The notes under the pieces are model-generated. The model was given only the letters and a program-made list of their open reading frames with translations, ran no database searches and was not told where the DNA came from. Positions 9,423 through 17,736 of a DNA stretch of 64,000 bases are shown piece by piece; position 1 is the first letter of the stretch; each line of letters opens with the position of its first letter. The position numbers and the translations under genes were made by a program. This DNA is from Gemmatimonadota bacterium (GTDB taxonomy: Bacteria > Gemmatimonadota > Gemmatimonadetes > Gemmatimonadales > Gemmatimonadaceae). Location of the stretch: NCBI GenBank assembly GCA_040389905.1, contig JAZJZK010000008.1, positions 64,001 through 128,000 of the forward strand, given 5' to 3'.

Positions 9423-10359
9423 CACGCCCAGAGTTGAGCGTATGACCGCGGCACACTTTCAGGCAGAACTCAAGCGAGTCACCGGCCGCGCCTTCGACGC
9501 GGACGGGGCTGCGGACTACAAAGTGCTGATCCCATTCGCCGCCACCTGTATTGCCTTCCTGCTGCTTTTCGGCGGCACCTTCGCCTCGCTCGCGCGCGAC
9601 TGGTGGGTGAACCCGGAAGCGGGGCACGGATTGTTGCTCGCCCCGGTGGCTGTGTGGTGGGCGTGGCGTGCGGGCATTCGCGAGGGAGCCGCTCCCGAAC
9701 ACAAACTCGGAATCGCGATTTTGATCTTCGCGGTCCTGGTGCGGTGCGCCGCTGGATTGGCCGCCGAATTGTTCACGATGCGCTCGTCGATCGTTCTGGC
9801 GCTCGTCGGGTTGACCGTCTTCCACTTCGGCGTCCGACAGGTGTTGTACTGGTGGCTGCCGTTCGTCGTTGGCGCGTTGTCCGTACCGCTACCGGAACTG
9901 GTCACACAGGCGCTGGCGCTTCCACTTCAGTTTCAGGCATCTGAAATGGGCGCCGCGATGCTCAAGATGCGCGACGTTCCAGTGCTGCTGACCGGTAATG
10001 TCATCCGCTTGCCGGGGCACGAGCTGTTCGTGACGGAGGCGTGCAGCGGGCTGCGATCGCTGACCGCGCTGATCAGTCTCTCCGTGTTGCTGGGAGCCTT
10101 GATGCTGCGGACGCCCATCGCGCGGGTGCTGCTGATCCTGATTGCGATTCCAATCGCCGTCGTCATCAACGGCGTGCGTGTCTTCATGACGGGCTTTCTG
10201 GTGTACTTCGTCGACCCGAAACTGGGTCAGGGATTCATGCACATCACCGAGGGTTGGCTCCTGTTTCTCGTCTCGTTGAGCTGCCTTGCTATCGTCGTGA
10301 AGCTGATGACGCTGGTCGAAGGGTGGTTGGATCGGAAGGCGGAGGTGGAAAGTGATTAA
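9412..10359 (+). CDS. Exosortase (EpsH family)
   Basis: Multi-TM protein with the catalytic Cys/Arg/His context VTEACSGLRSL, NGVRV, FMHITEGW; followed by EpsI. Confidence 0.92.
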   Translation: MPTDTPRVERMTAAHFQAELKRVTGRAFDADGAADYKVLIPFAATCIAFLLLFGGTFASLARDWWVNPEAGHGLLLAPVAVWWAWRAGIREGAAPEHKLGIAILIFAVLVRCAAGLAAELFTMRSSIVLALVGLTVFHFGVRQVLYWWLPFVVGALSVPLPELVTQALALPLQFQASEMGAAMLKMRDVPVLLTGNVIRLPGHELFVTEACSGLRSLTALISLSVLLGALMLRTPIARVLLILIAIPIAVVINGVRVFMTGFLVYFVDPKLGQGFMHITEGWLLFLVSLSCLAIVVKLMTLVEGWLDRKAEVESD

Positions 10360-11077
10360 GGTGTCTCAGTTCGTGCCGGCCGTCATCCTCTTCATCGGTG
10401 CCGGCTTCATGCTCCGCACGCGCGGCCAGTCGGCGGTGCCGCTCGCGGCGTCGCTCGACACCGTGCTCGAGTCCGTGGACGGATTCAGCACGATCAACCA
10501 GACGATCAGTGCGGAGGCACAGCGTGTTGCTGGCATGACCAACTGGGTCGCGCGTGCGTACAAGAAGGATTCGGTCATCGCGTTCACCGCACTGGTTTCA
10601 TACTACGAGCGCCAAACGCAGGGCAAGACGATTCACTCGCCGAAGAACTGTTTGCCTGGCGCCGGATGGGAAATCATGAAGGCCGATGCGACGACGCTCG
10701 CCGTCGGGGGCGCGTTGTATCCGGTCAACCACTACATCCTCAAGAACGGCAAGGCCACGGCGGTCGTGTACTACTGGTACCAGGGCCGTGGCCGAGTCGT
10801 CGCCAATGAGTATCAGGTCAAGTGGAACTTGCTGCGTGATGCCGCGGTTGCCGGTCACACGGAGGAAGCACTGGTACGCGTGGTCGCGTATGTCCCAAGA
10901 AACCTGCATGCGAGCGACCTCACGAAGACCGCCGAGTTCCAGTCGGCGGACTCGCTCGGGCGCGCGATTTCGCAGCGTCTGGTGACCGAGGTGAATCGGG
11001 TATTGCCGGCGCGTGGGGCCGTCGCCACCGCACAGGCGGCGCGCACCGCTTCCAGAGTGGCGCTGTCGTCTCGCTGA
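10352..11077 (+). CDS. epsI: EpsI family exosortase-associated protein
   Basis: YYERQTQGKTIHSPKNCLPGAGWEI, VVYYWYQGRGRVVANEY; overlaps the exosortase stop. Confidence 0.9.
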   Translation: MIKVSQFVPAVILFIGAGFMLRTRGQSAVPLAASLDTVLESVDGFSTINQTISAEAQRVAGMTNWVARAYKKDSVIAFTALVSYYERQTQGKTIHSPKNCLPGAGWEIMKADATTLAVGGALYPVNHYILKNGKATAVVYYWYQGRGRVVANEYQVKWNLLRDAAVAGHTEEALVRVVAYVPRNLHASDLTKTAEFQSADSLGRAISQRLVTEVNRVLPARGAVATAQAARTASRVALSSR

Positions 11078-11087
11078 GCGTAACCGC

Positions 11088-11948
11088 ATGAACGATTCCG
11101 AAGTGCGCCACCACTTCACGGTGGACGTGGAGGAGTCGTTTCAGGTGTCCGCCATGGAGCCGTTCGTCTCGCGTTCGACGTGGGACGACTTTCCCAGCCG
11201 GGTCGATCGGGGGACGCGGCAGCTGCTCGAGCTTCTCGCTCGACACCACGCACGCGGCACCTTCTTCGTACTGGGGTGGATCGCAAAGCGTCATGCGCCG
11301 CTGGTGCGTGAAATCGCGGCGGCGGGTCATGAGATCGCGTCGCACGGCTGGGGGCACGAGCGCGTGACGACTCTTACGCCCGCAGAATTCCGCGAATCGG
11401 TGGTGAGTTCCAAGGACACGCTGGAAGAAATCGTTGGCGCGCCGGTACTCGGCTATCGCGCTCCGAGCTTTTCCATCGTACGCGGGGGGGAATGGGCGCT
11501 CGACATCCTCCTCGAAGCGGGCTACCGCTACGATTCCTCGCTCTACCCGGTGGAGCGCACGGGCTATGGATACGCTGGCGGGTCGCGCGATCCGTATGAT
11601 GTTATCCGTGACGCCGGAGTGCTGCGCGAGTATCCGCCGGCCACTGTGAGCGCCGTGGGGAAGACGCTGCCCGCAGGGGGAGGCGCATATTTCCGGCACC
11701 TGCCGTACCGCTTCGTCGAGGCGGCATTCGCCCAGGCGGCGCGGCGCGGAATGCCCGCCACGTTCTATATCCATCCATGGGAGCTGGATACGGACCAGCC
11801 ACGAATCGTGGTGCCCTTCAAGACACGGCTGCGCCACTACGGTGGCATCTCGCGCACCGCTCCACGTTTGGCGCGCTTGCTGTCGACGTTCCGCTTTCAG
11901 TCGATTGCCGAAACGCTCAGGGGTTCGCTCGTTGAGCAATGCAGGTAA
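11088..11948 (+). CDS. Polysaccharide deacetylase, PEP-CTERM/exosortase locus type
   Basis: Start at ATG 11088; FTVDVEE, TFFVLGWIA, HEIASHGWGH, GYRAPSFS, YDSSLYP, GGGAYFR, FYIHPWELD. Confidence 0.9.
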   Translation: MNDSEVRHHFTVDVEESFQVSAMEPFVSRSTWDDFPSRVDRGTRQLLELLARHHARGTFFVLGWIAKRHAPLVREIAAAGHEIASHGWGHERVTTLTPAEFRESVVSSKDTLEEIVGAPVLGYRAPSFSIVRGGEWALDILLEAGYRYDSSLYPVERTGYGYAGGSRDPYDVIRDAGVLREYPPATVSAVGKTLPAGGGAYFRHLPYRFVEAAFAQAARRGMPATFYIHPWELDTDQPRIVVPFKTRLRHYGGISRTAPRLARLLSTFRFQSIAETLRGSLVEQCR

Positions 11949-12958
11949 CGCTCGCCTCCGAGCTGACGGAGTGGGACGATTTTGTCGCTCGCTCGCAGGA
12001 TAGCACGTTCGCCCACCTGGCCGGATGGCGTAACATCATGCGAGACGTGCTGCGTCATCGCTGCCTGTACCTGATAGCACGCGACGACCACCAACGCATC
12101 GCCGGCGTGCTGCCGCTCGTGCAGGTGAAGGGCCTCGCCGGACACTTTCTGGTGTCCGTCCCATTCGTGAATGACGGCGGGCCGATCGGAACGGCCGGTG
12201 CGCGAACGGCGTTAACGGAGTTTGCTGTCGCGGAGGCACAGCGCATCGGTGCGGGACTGCTCGAACTTCGCAACCGAACGGAGGTCGTTGGGCCGGTCCA
12301 GCACTCCTTCAGAAAGGTCGCGGTGCACCTTCCGCTTCCGCCCTCGCTCGAGGAGCTCTGGTCGACGACATTCAAGGCGAAGCTGCGGAGCCAAATCCGA
12401 CGTCCCGCCAAGGAAGGAATGACGGCGACGGTCGGATCCGACCAACTGGACGCCTTCTATCGCGTCTTCTCACGCAACATGCGTGACTTGGGCACGCCCG
12501 TTCTTCCACGCGCGTTCTTCAGCGGACTTCTCTCGGCTTTCGGTGATCGCGTGATGTTCGTCACCGTATACACGGCGGATGGTCGGCCGGCGGCGGCATC
12601 CTGCAGCCTTCAATGGCGCGAGGAGCTCGAAGTCACGTGGGCATCGTCGCTCCGTGAGTACAACAAGCTGTCGCCGAACATGTTGCTGTACGGGACAATG
12701 ATGGAGCAGGCGATCAGTCGTGGCGCGCGAGTGTTCAACTTCGGCCGTTCGTCGCCGGGAAGTGCCACACACAAGTTCAAGCAGCAATGGGGTGGGCACG
12801 ACGTTCAGCTGCCATGGGCGTTCTGGTCGCGCAGCGCCGAGGTGGGCACACCGTCGGCGGACAGCCGAGCGTTTCAGTTGGCCCAGGCGGCATGGAAGCG
12901 CATGCCCCTCGCGGTGGCGAATCTGCTGGGTCCATTCCTCTCGCGGCAACTGCCGTGA
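11939..12958 (+). CDS. FemAB-like GNAT protein, PEP-CTERM/exosortase locus type
   Basis: SVPFVNDGG, KLRSQIRRP, FSRNMRDLGTPV, PNMLLY, FNFGRS, FKQQWG. Confidence 0.88.
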   Translation: MQVTLASELTEWDDFVARSQDSTFAHLAGWRNIMRDVLRHRCLYLIARDDHQRIAGVLPLVQVKGLAGHFLVSVPFVNDGGPIGTAGARTALTEFAVAEAQRIGAGLLELRNRTEVVGPVQHSFRKVAVHLPLPPSLEELWSTTFKAKLRSQIRRPAKEGMTATVGSDQLDAFYRVFSRNMRDLGTPVLPRAFFSGLLSAFGDRVMFVTVYTADGRPAAASCSLQWREELEVTWASSLREYNKLSPNMLLYGTMMEQAISRGARVFNFGRSSPGSATHKFKQQWGGHDVQLPWAFWSRSAEVGTPSADSRAFQLAQAAWKRMPLAVANLLGPFLSRQLP

Positions 12959-12980
12959 GCGGCATGCACGCCGCACTGCC

Positions 12981-14159
12981 ATGAAGCTGAGGCACCAACT
13001 CGCGGCGTTTTCGCCAATTCGCGCGGGTGCGATCGTGACCGGAGCCGTGGCGGCTGCTGGCCTCGCCGGTGACCCGCGGGCGCGGCTGAGTGCGATCCTG
13101 GTCGACAGATTTTCCGCGACCAGTTGCGAGCTGTGTGGAAGCGGAACGCAGGCGCTCCAGCGCGCCATCACGATGATGGCGTCCGACACGCGTGACGGAT
13201 TCATCGCGATGCCGGCGTTCAATTGCTACGACATGGCGTCCGCGGCGATCGGCGCGGGCGTACGCGTGGCGCTCTATGACATCGATCCATTGACCCTCGG
13301 GCCGGACCTTTCATCGTTCGAGCGCGTTCTTGCGGCGGGGGCTGCGGTTGCCGTCGTCGCGCCGCTGTACGGTGTGCCGATCGACTGGAACGGCGTCAGC
13401 GCGATCGCTGCGCAATTCGGAATTCCGCTCATCGAGGACGCCGCACAAGGCCACGGGGCCGCCTGGAATGGCGTGCCACTCGGTTCACTCGGTGATGTCA
13501 GCACGCTGAGCTTCGGCCGCGGCAAGGGGTGGACCGGTGGCAATGGGGGGGCAGTACTCGGGCGGATCGGAGGCGCGTCGGAGGCTACGGGCGTCGCGAC
13601 GAGCGGGCTGGCGACCGAGGTCAAGGTTGGCCTTGGGTTGCTCGCGCAGTGGACGCTCGGCCGCCCTGCCATCTATGGCCTTCCACGTTCCGTGCCGGCG
13701 CTCGCACTTGGCGAGACGGTGTATCAATCCCCGCGCGCCCCGGCCGACATCACGCGTGGCGCGGCAGCAAGTGTCATCGCGAACGCGCGTGCAGCGGACG
13801 CGGAGGCCGTGGAACGCCGACGCAATGGGAACGCCTTCCTGACGCGCGTCGCGCGAAGTCGCGCACACACGATCGACGTGCCCACCGGAGGAGTCGCGGG
13901 GTACATCAGGTTCCCGATCCGCATCGCCGGCGGCCTCGGCGCGCTGCCCGGCGCGAACCGGGCCGCGGAATTGGGGATCGCCGCGAGCTACCCGCAAACA
14001 CTCGCTACGCTCGCGCCCTTTCAGGGTTCGCTCGTGCCTATCGAGCGGCGCTGGCCGGGCGCTGACAGTCTCGTCGTCGAGCTCATCACGCTTCCCACGC
14101 ACTCGCTCGTATCGACGCACGAGCGCGAAGCGATCGTTCGCGCGGTCAGGAGCGTTTAG
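12981..14159 (+). CDS. DegT/DnrJ/EryC1/StrS family PLP-dependent sugar aminotransferase
   Basis: Start at ATG 12981; SGTQAL, LIEDAAQGHG, LSFGRGKG (PLP Lys), LITLPTH. Confidence 0.85.
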   Translation: MKLRHQLAAFSPIRAGAIVTGAVAAAGLAGDPRARLSAILVDRFSATSCELCGSGTQALQRAITMMASDTRDGFIAMPAFNCYDMASAAIGAGVRVALYDIDPLTLGPDLSSFERVLAAGAAVAVVAPLYGVPIDWNGVSAIAAQFGIPLIEDAAQGHGAAWNGVPLGSLGDVSTLSFGRGKGWTGGNGGAVLGRIGGASEATGVATSGLATEVKVGLGLLAQWTLGRPAIYGLPRSVPALALGETVYQSPRAPADITRGAAASVIANARAADAEAVERRRNGNAFLTRVARSRAHTIDVPTGGVAGYIRFPIRIAGGLGALPGANRAAELGIAASYPQTLATLAPFQGSLVPIERRWPGADSLVVELITLPTHSLVSTHEREAIVRAVRSV

Positions 14160-15322
14160 CGGACGACCGAACGATAGACGTCTGCGTACTGTTCCTCGAC
14201 CACCGCAACGTCGTGTTGCCGCACGATCGTGTTCCGCAGCGTTTCGCCGAACCGGACTCGCTTCGCAGAATCCGCGACGAGCGTTTCCAGGCCAGACACG
14301 AGGGCGTCCCTGTCTCCCATCTTCACCAGGATTCCGTTTTCTCCGGTTCGGATGAGGTCCGCGATGCCGCCGGAATCGGTGCACACAACGGCGCGGCCGA
14401 GGAGGCCCGCTTCGAGGAGCGACATCGGTAACCCTTCGCCCGGACCGGAGGGCATGCAGAAGATGTCCATCTCCTGGACCCAATCGAGCACCCGTTCCTG
14501 GTGGGGCACGAGCATCGGATCGGTGCCTGGAATCTGGCGTCTCCACTGCGACGCGAGGTCGTCGCGCAGAGGCCCATCGCCAAGGATGACGAGGACGCAG
14601 TGGATACCGCGGCGCGCCAGCTCGGCGTAGGCGTCGATGAGAAGTGTGTGATTCTTCATCGGGACAAGGCGCCCCGCTGACCCGATGACGACCGGACGCG
14701 GCTCCGCGGCGCCGGCACCGAATTCCGCGGGCATCACGTTCGCGAGAAATGTCGTCAGCGGTTTGTCGCCGGTGAGCGCGAGCTCCGTTTCTATCCCGTT
14801 CGGGATCGTGCGAATCGCGATGCGGGGTGATGCGCGATTGAGATACCGCTCCATCGCGTCGGAGACGGCAACGACTGCATCGGCGCGCGTGAGCATCCAC
14901 ACGTCAAGATGCTCGTAGAGCTTCTCCTTGAGCGATGGCGCTGTGAGCGAGTAGCCGTGGGCGGTGACGACCAGCGGCACGTCATGCATGCCGAGTAGTC
15001 GAGTGATCTGGTGAAACACTGTGGGCTTGTATCCGTGCGAATGCACGACATCCGGGCGAAGCGTCGCGATGAGCTGGGCGTACGCGCGAAGCGACGAGAT
15101 CGATATGCCCCGCGTCGTCGAGAGACGCATCACCGGCGCGCTCGTGCGGCGGACGCGGGCGCCGAGTTCGCTCTCGTCCTGCCCAACGTCGACGAAATCG
15201 ATGAGTGTCGGAGCAACGACGCCGCGTACGGCTTGCCGGCCCATGAGGTCGAGCACCACGCGCTCCGCGCCATAGAAGCCACCGCTGTGTATGGTGTGCA
15301 CAGCGCGGAGTGGAGTCGTCAT
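14156..15322 (-). CDS. Glycosyltransferase family 4
   Basis: Start at ATG 15322; GGFYGAERVV, VVHSHGYK, AGRLVPMKNH, EGLPMSLLEA. Confidence 0.9.
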   Translation of the reverse strand: MTTPLRAVHTIHSGGFYGAERVVLDLMGRQAVRGVVAPTLIDFVDVGQDESELGARVRRTSAPVMRLSTTRGISISSLRAYAQLIATLRPDVVHSHGYKPTVFHQITRLLGMHDVPLVVTAHGYSLTAPSLKEKLYEHLDVWMLTRADAVVAVSDAMERYLNRASPRIAIRTIPNGIETELALTGDKPLTTFLANVMPAEFGAGAAEPRPVVIGSAGRLVPMKNHTLLIDAYAELARRGIHCVLVILGDGPLRDDLASQWRRQIPGTDPMLVPHQERVLDWVQEMDIFCMPSGPGEGLPMSLLEAGLLGRAVVCTDSGGIADLIRTGENGILVKMGDRDALVSGLETLVADSAKRVRFGETLRNTIVRQHDVAVVEEQYADVYRSVVR

Positions 15323-15344
15323 GGCCGTGCGAGTCTCGAACCCG

Positions 15345-16160
15345 TCAGCCGACGACACGCTTTCGCGACAGCGTGAGGTAGCCTTCACCGAGCGCGCCGA
15401 GCCACGAGCGGGAGAGCCCTTCCATGCGCTGTCCAATGCTGGTGCTCACTCCGGGCAAGAGCTTGTCGAATGGACGGGGAAGTGGCAGGAAGAAGAAGTA
15501 CAGGGAGTCGTCGAGCGCGAATCCGGCCTGCGCGAGCGCATCGCGTAACGCACCCGGCCGGTGTCGTCGCACGTGAAAATGGCGCGGCAGGACGGGAGGA
15601 TGTCCCAGACGCATCCATACGGCATTGAAGGCGCGCAGAAACGACGGGCGCCGCTTGAGGTACTCGACCGCAAAGTCGAGGTAATCGACCGGGGAGAGCA
15701 GGTTGGTGACGGGGTAGAGCAGGTGGCCACCGGGCCGAAGGACGCGGTGCATTTCCTGAAGCACGAGCCGGTCACTCTCGAGATACTCGACCACGCCGGC
15801 CGTGCACACGAGATCGAATGACTCCGCTGCGAATGGCAGGGACTCGATGCTCCCGAGTTCGAGTGCGAAGGTGCGCTCCGGCGCGGTCACGCGAAGGCGT
15901 TCCTTGCTCATTCGGAGCATCTCGGGCGCCGCGTCGAGTCCGGAGACATCGAATCCGCGCTGGGCAAGCGCCGACAGCATGTACCCAGGCCCACATCCCG
16001 CGTCGAGAACCTTCGCACCTGCCGGAAGACGGAGGCCGTCCACGAACTCGAGCATGCGGCGCTGTCGGACCGTCATGAACGTGCGCGCACCAGGCGAATA
16101 GTGCTTCGCATCGTAGTCGGCGACGTTCTCGTCGAAAAACTGCGCGACGCGATTGCTCAC
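15345..16160 (-). CDS. Class I SAM-dependent methyltransferase
   Basis: VLDAGCGPG, LPFAAESFDLV, RVLRPGG. Confidence 0.9.
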   Translation of the reverse strand: MSNRVAQFFDENVADYDAKHYSPGARTFMTVRQRRMLEFVDGLRLPAGAKVLDAGCGPGYMLSALAQRGFDVSGLDAAPEMLRMSKERLRVTAPERTFALELGSIESLPFAAESFDLVCTAGVVEYLESDRLVLQEMHRVLRPGGHLLYPVTNLLSPVDYLDFAVEYLKRRPSFLRAFNAVWMRLGHPPVLPRHFHVRRHRPGALRDALAQAGFALDDSLYFFFLPLPRPFDKLLPGVSTSIGQRMEGLSRSWLGALGEGYLTLSRKRVVG

Positions 16161-17440
16161 GCTGAACGCGCTCCGCTCGTGAGGAGCGTTCGATAGTGGG
16201 CGAGCATGTCCACGCCAATGACTTCCCAGTCGTACACGCGTTCGGCAGTGCGGCGTGCGGACCGGCCGATCCGCTGGCGTAACTCGGCGCCAGCGAGCAG
16301 TTCGATGACCGCCTGCGCGAAATCCGCTGGAGTATCGCGAATCACGATGTTGTCGCCGTCACGGGCATCGAGTCCCTCGCATCCAACCGTGGTGCTGACC
16401 AGTGCCTTTCCCATCGCCCAGGCATCGAGGATCTTGAGGCGCGTTCCGCCACCGGCGCGAAGCGGTGCAATGTAGCAGGCCGCCTGATGGACGAAGGGAC
16501 GAATGTCGTCCACGTACCCGGTGAGGCGCACACTGTATCGCTCGAGATACTCCCGCTTCGCCTCTTCACTCGCGCTCCCGACCCAGGTGACCGGCGGGTT
16601 GACGCCGCGTTGGCGAATGATGGGCAGGATTTCCTCGCAAAAATACGCCATCGCGTCGCGGTTCGGTTGCCAGGAATGGCCGCCGACGAACACGAGGCCA
16701 CCACTCTCGCCGGCATCGCTCCCCGGCGTGAACGCTTGCGTATCGACGCCATTTGGAATGACGACGACCCGACTACTGGGCGCGAGCCGGCGGATTGCTT
16801 CGGCGTCATCGCGCGAAACGGCGATGTTCAGGTCGATGCTCGGGATGAAGCGTTTTTCCTCGTTTTCGGTGAGGTGTGCTTGATAGGTGAGGTACGCGCG
16901 TGCCGGTGCCCGAAACGTTTGAGCCCGGCTTCGCAACAGCGCAGACTCCACGTTGTGATGCACGCAGACGACGGGCAGATCGCGTAGCAGTGGCACGTAG
17001 CCCGCGAGGTCGAGGCTGTCCATGTGCACGAGATCGAATCGTTTCTCAGCGAGAAGCTGCACGAGTCGACTGCGGAAGGGCGCGGAATCGTATGCCGTCA
17101 CCGTGTAGGCGCGCCCCGAGAGGACGCTGCGCAGGTGATCCATGAGCAGGCGCCGCTTGCTGTGCTCTTGCGGGATCGGGAACTCCTGAATGTCGCCAAG
17201 CCGTCCAAGCTCGCGAACGCTCTTGGCGACGCGCTCGGCCGTAGGGAGGAGCCCGGTGCGGTAGAAGCACAGTGCCGTAACGTCGAAGTCGCGTGCGAGC
17301 AGGCGCAGTACGTTGTAGGTGCGGATCTGAACGCCGCCATCCGGCGGATACGGCAATGTCTGGCAGAGGAAGAGCAACCGCGGACGCGCTACCGCAGAAT
17401 CCGCTGCTACGTGCGAGTCGACGCGTTCAGGAGCGCTCAT
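16157..17440 (-). CDS. Glycosyltransferase family 4 (PEP-CTERM locus type)
   Basis: LPYPPDGGVQIRTY, IPNGVD, FVGGHSWQPNRDA, APLRAGGGTRLKILDAWAMG. Confidence 0.9.
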   Translation of the reverse strand: MSAPERVDSHVAADSAVARPRLLFLCQTLPYPPDGGVQIRTYNVLRLLARDFDVTALCFYRTGLLPTAERVAKSVRELGRLGDIQEFPIPQEHSKRRLLMDHLRSVLSGRAYTVTAYDSAPFRSRLVQLLAEKRFDLVHMDSLDLAGYVPLLRDLPVVCVHHNVESALLRSRAQTFRAPARAYLTYQAHLTENEEKRFIPSIDLNIAVSRDDAEAIRRLAPSSRVVVIPNGVDTQAFTPGSDAGESGGLVFVGGHSWQPNRDAMAYFCEEILPIIRQRGVNPPVTWVGSASEEAKREYLERYSVRLTGYVDDIRPFVHQAACYIAPLRAGGGTRLKILDAWAMGKALVSTTVGCEGLDARDGDNIVIRDTPADFAQAVIELLAGAELRQRIGRSARRTAERVYDWEVIGVDMLAHYRTLLTSGARSA

Positions 17441-17529
17441 GATGACGACAATATGGGAGATTGTGCTGCGTTGCGCCGTGCTGTGCCGTGCGAAGGGGAG
17501 TCGGCGGCTTCCGCTCGGGAGATGACCGT

Positions 17530-17545
17530 TGTGCGATGTCTCACA
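17530..17545. promoter_or_regulatory. CRP/FNR-family-like box
   Basis: TGTGC-gatgtc-TCACA, one mismatch to TGTGA-N6-TCACA, in the divergent intergenic region. Confidence 0.4.
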
Positions 17546-17736
17546 GATTCGGCGCCTGTTCGTGTGAAACTGACGGTGATTTTCACTGCGACGACGGCAC
17601 CTTTCTGGCGCTTGATCGTCTAATAGAGAGCGTGGACGACACTACAAAGAAATCCTAGCGGGAGCACCTGCTTTTGGACTTGCACCACCTCGACAAGGGC
17701 AGAATATTGCCCCTCTGTTTTGCCCCCTCCCTGAAC

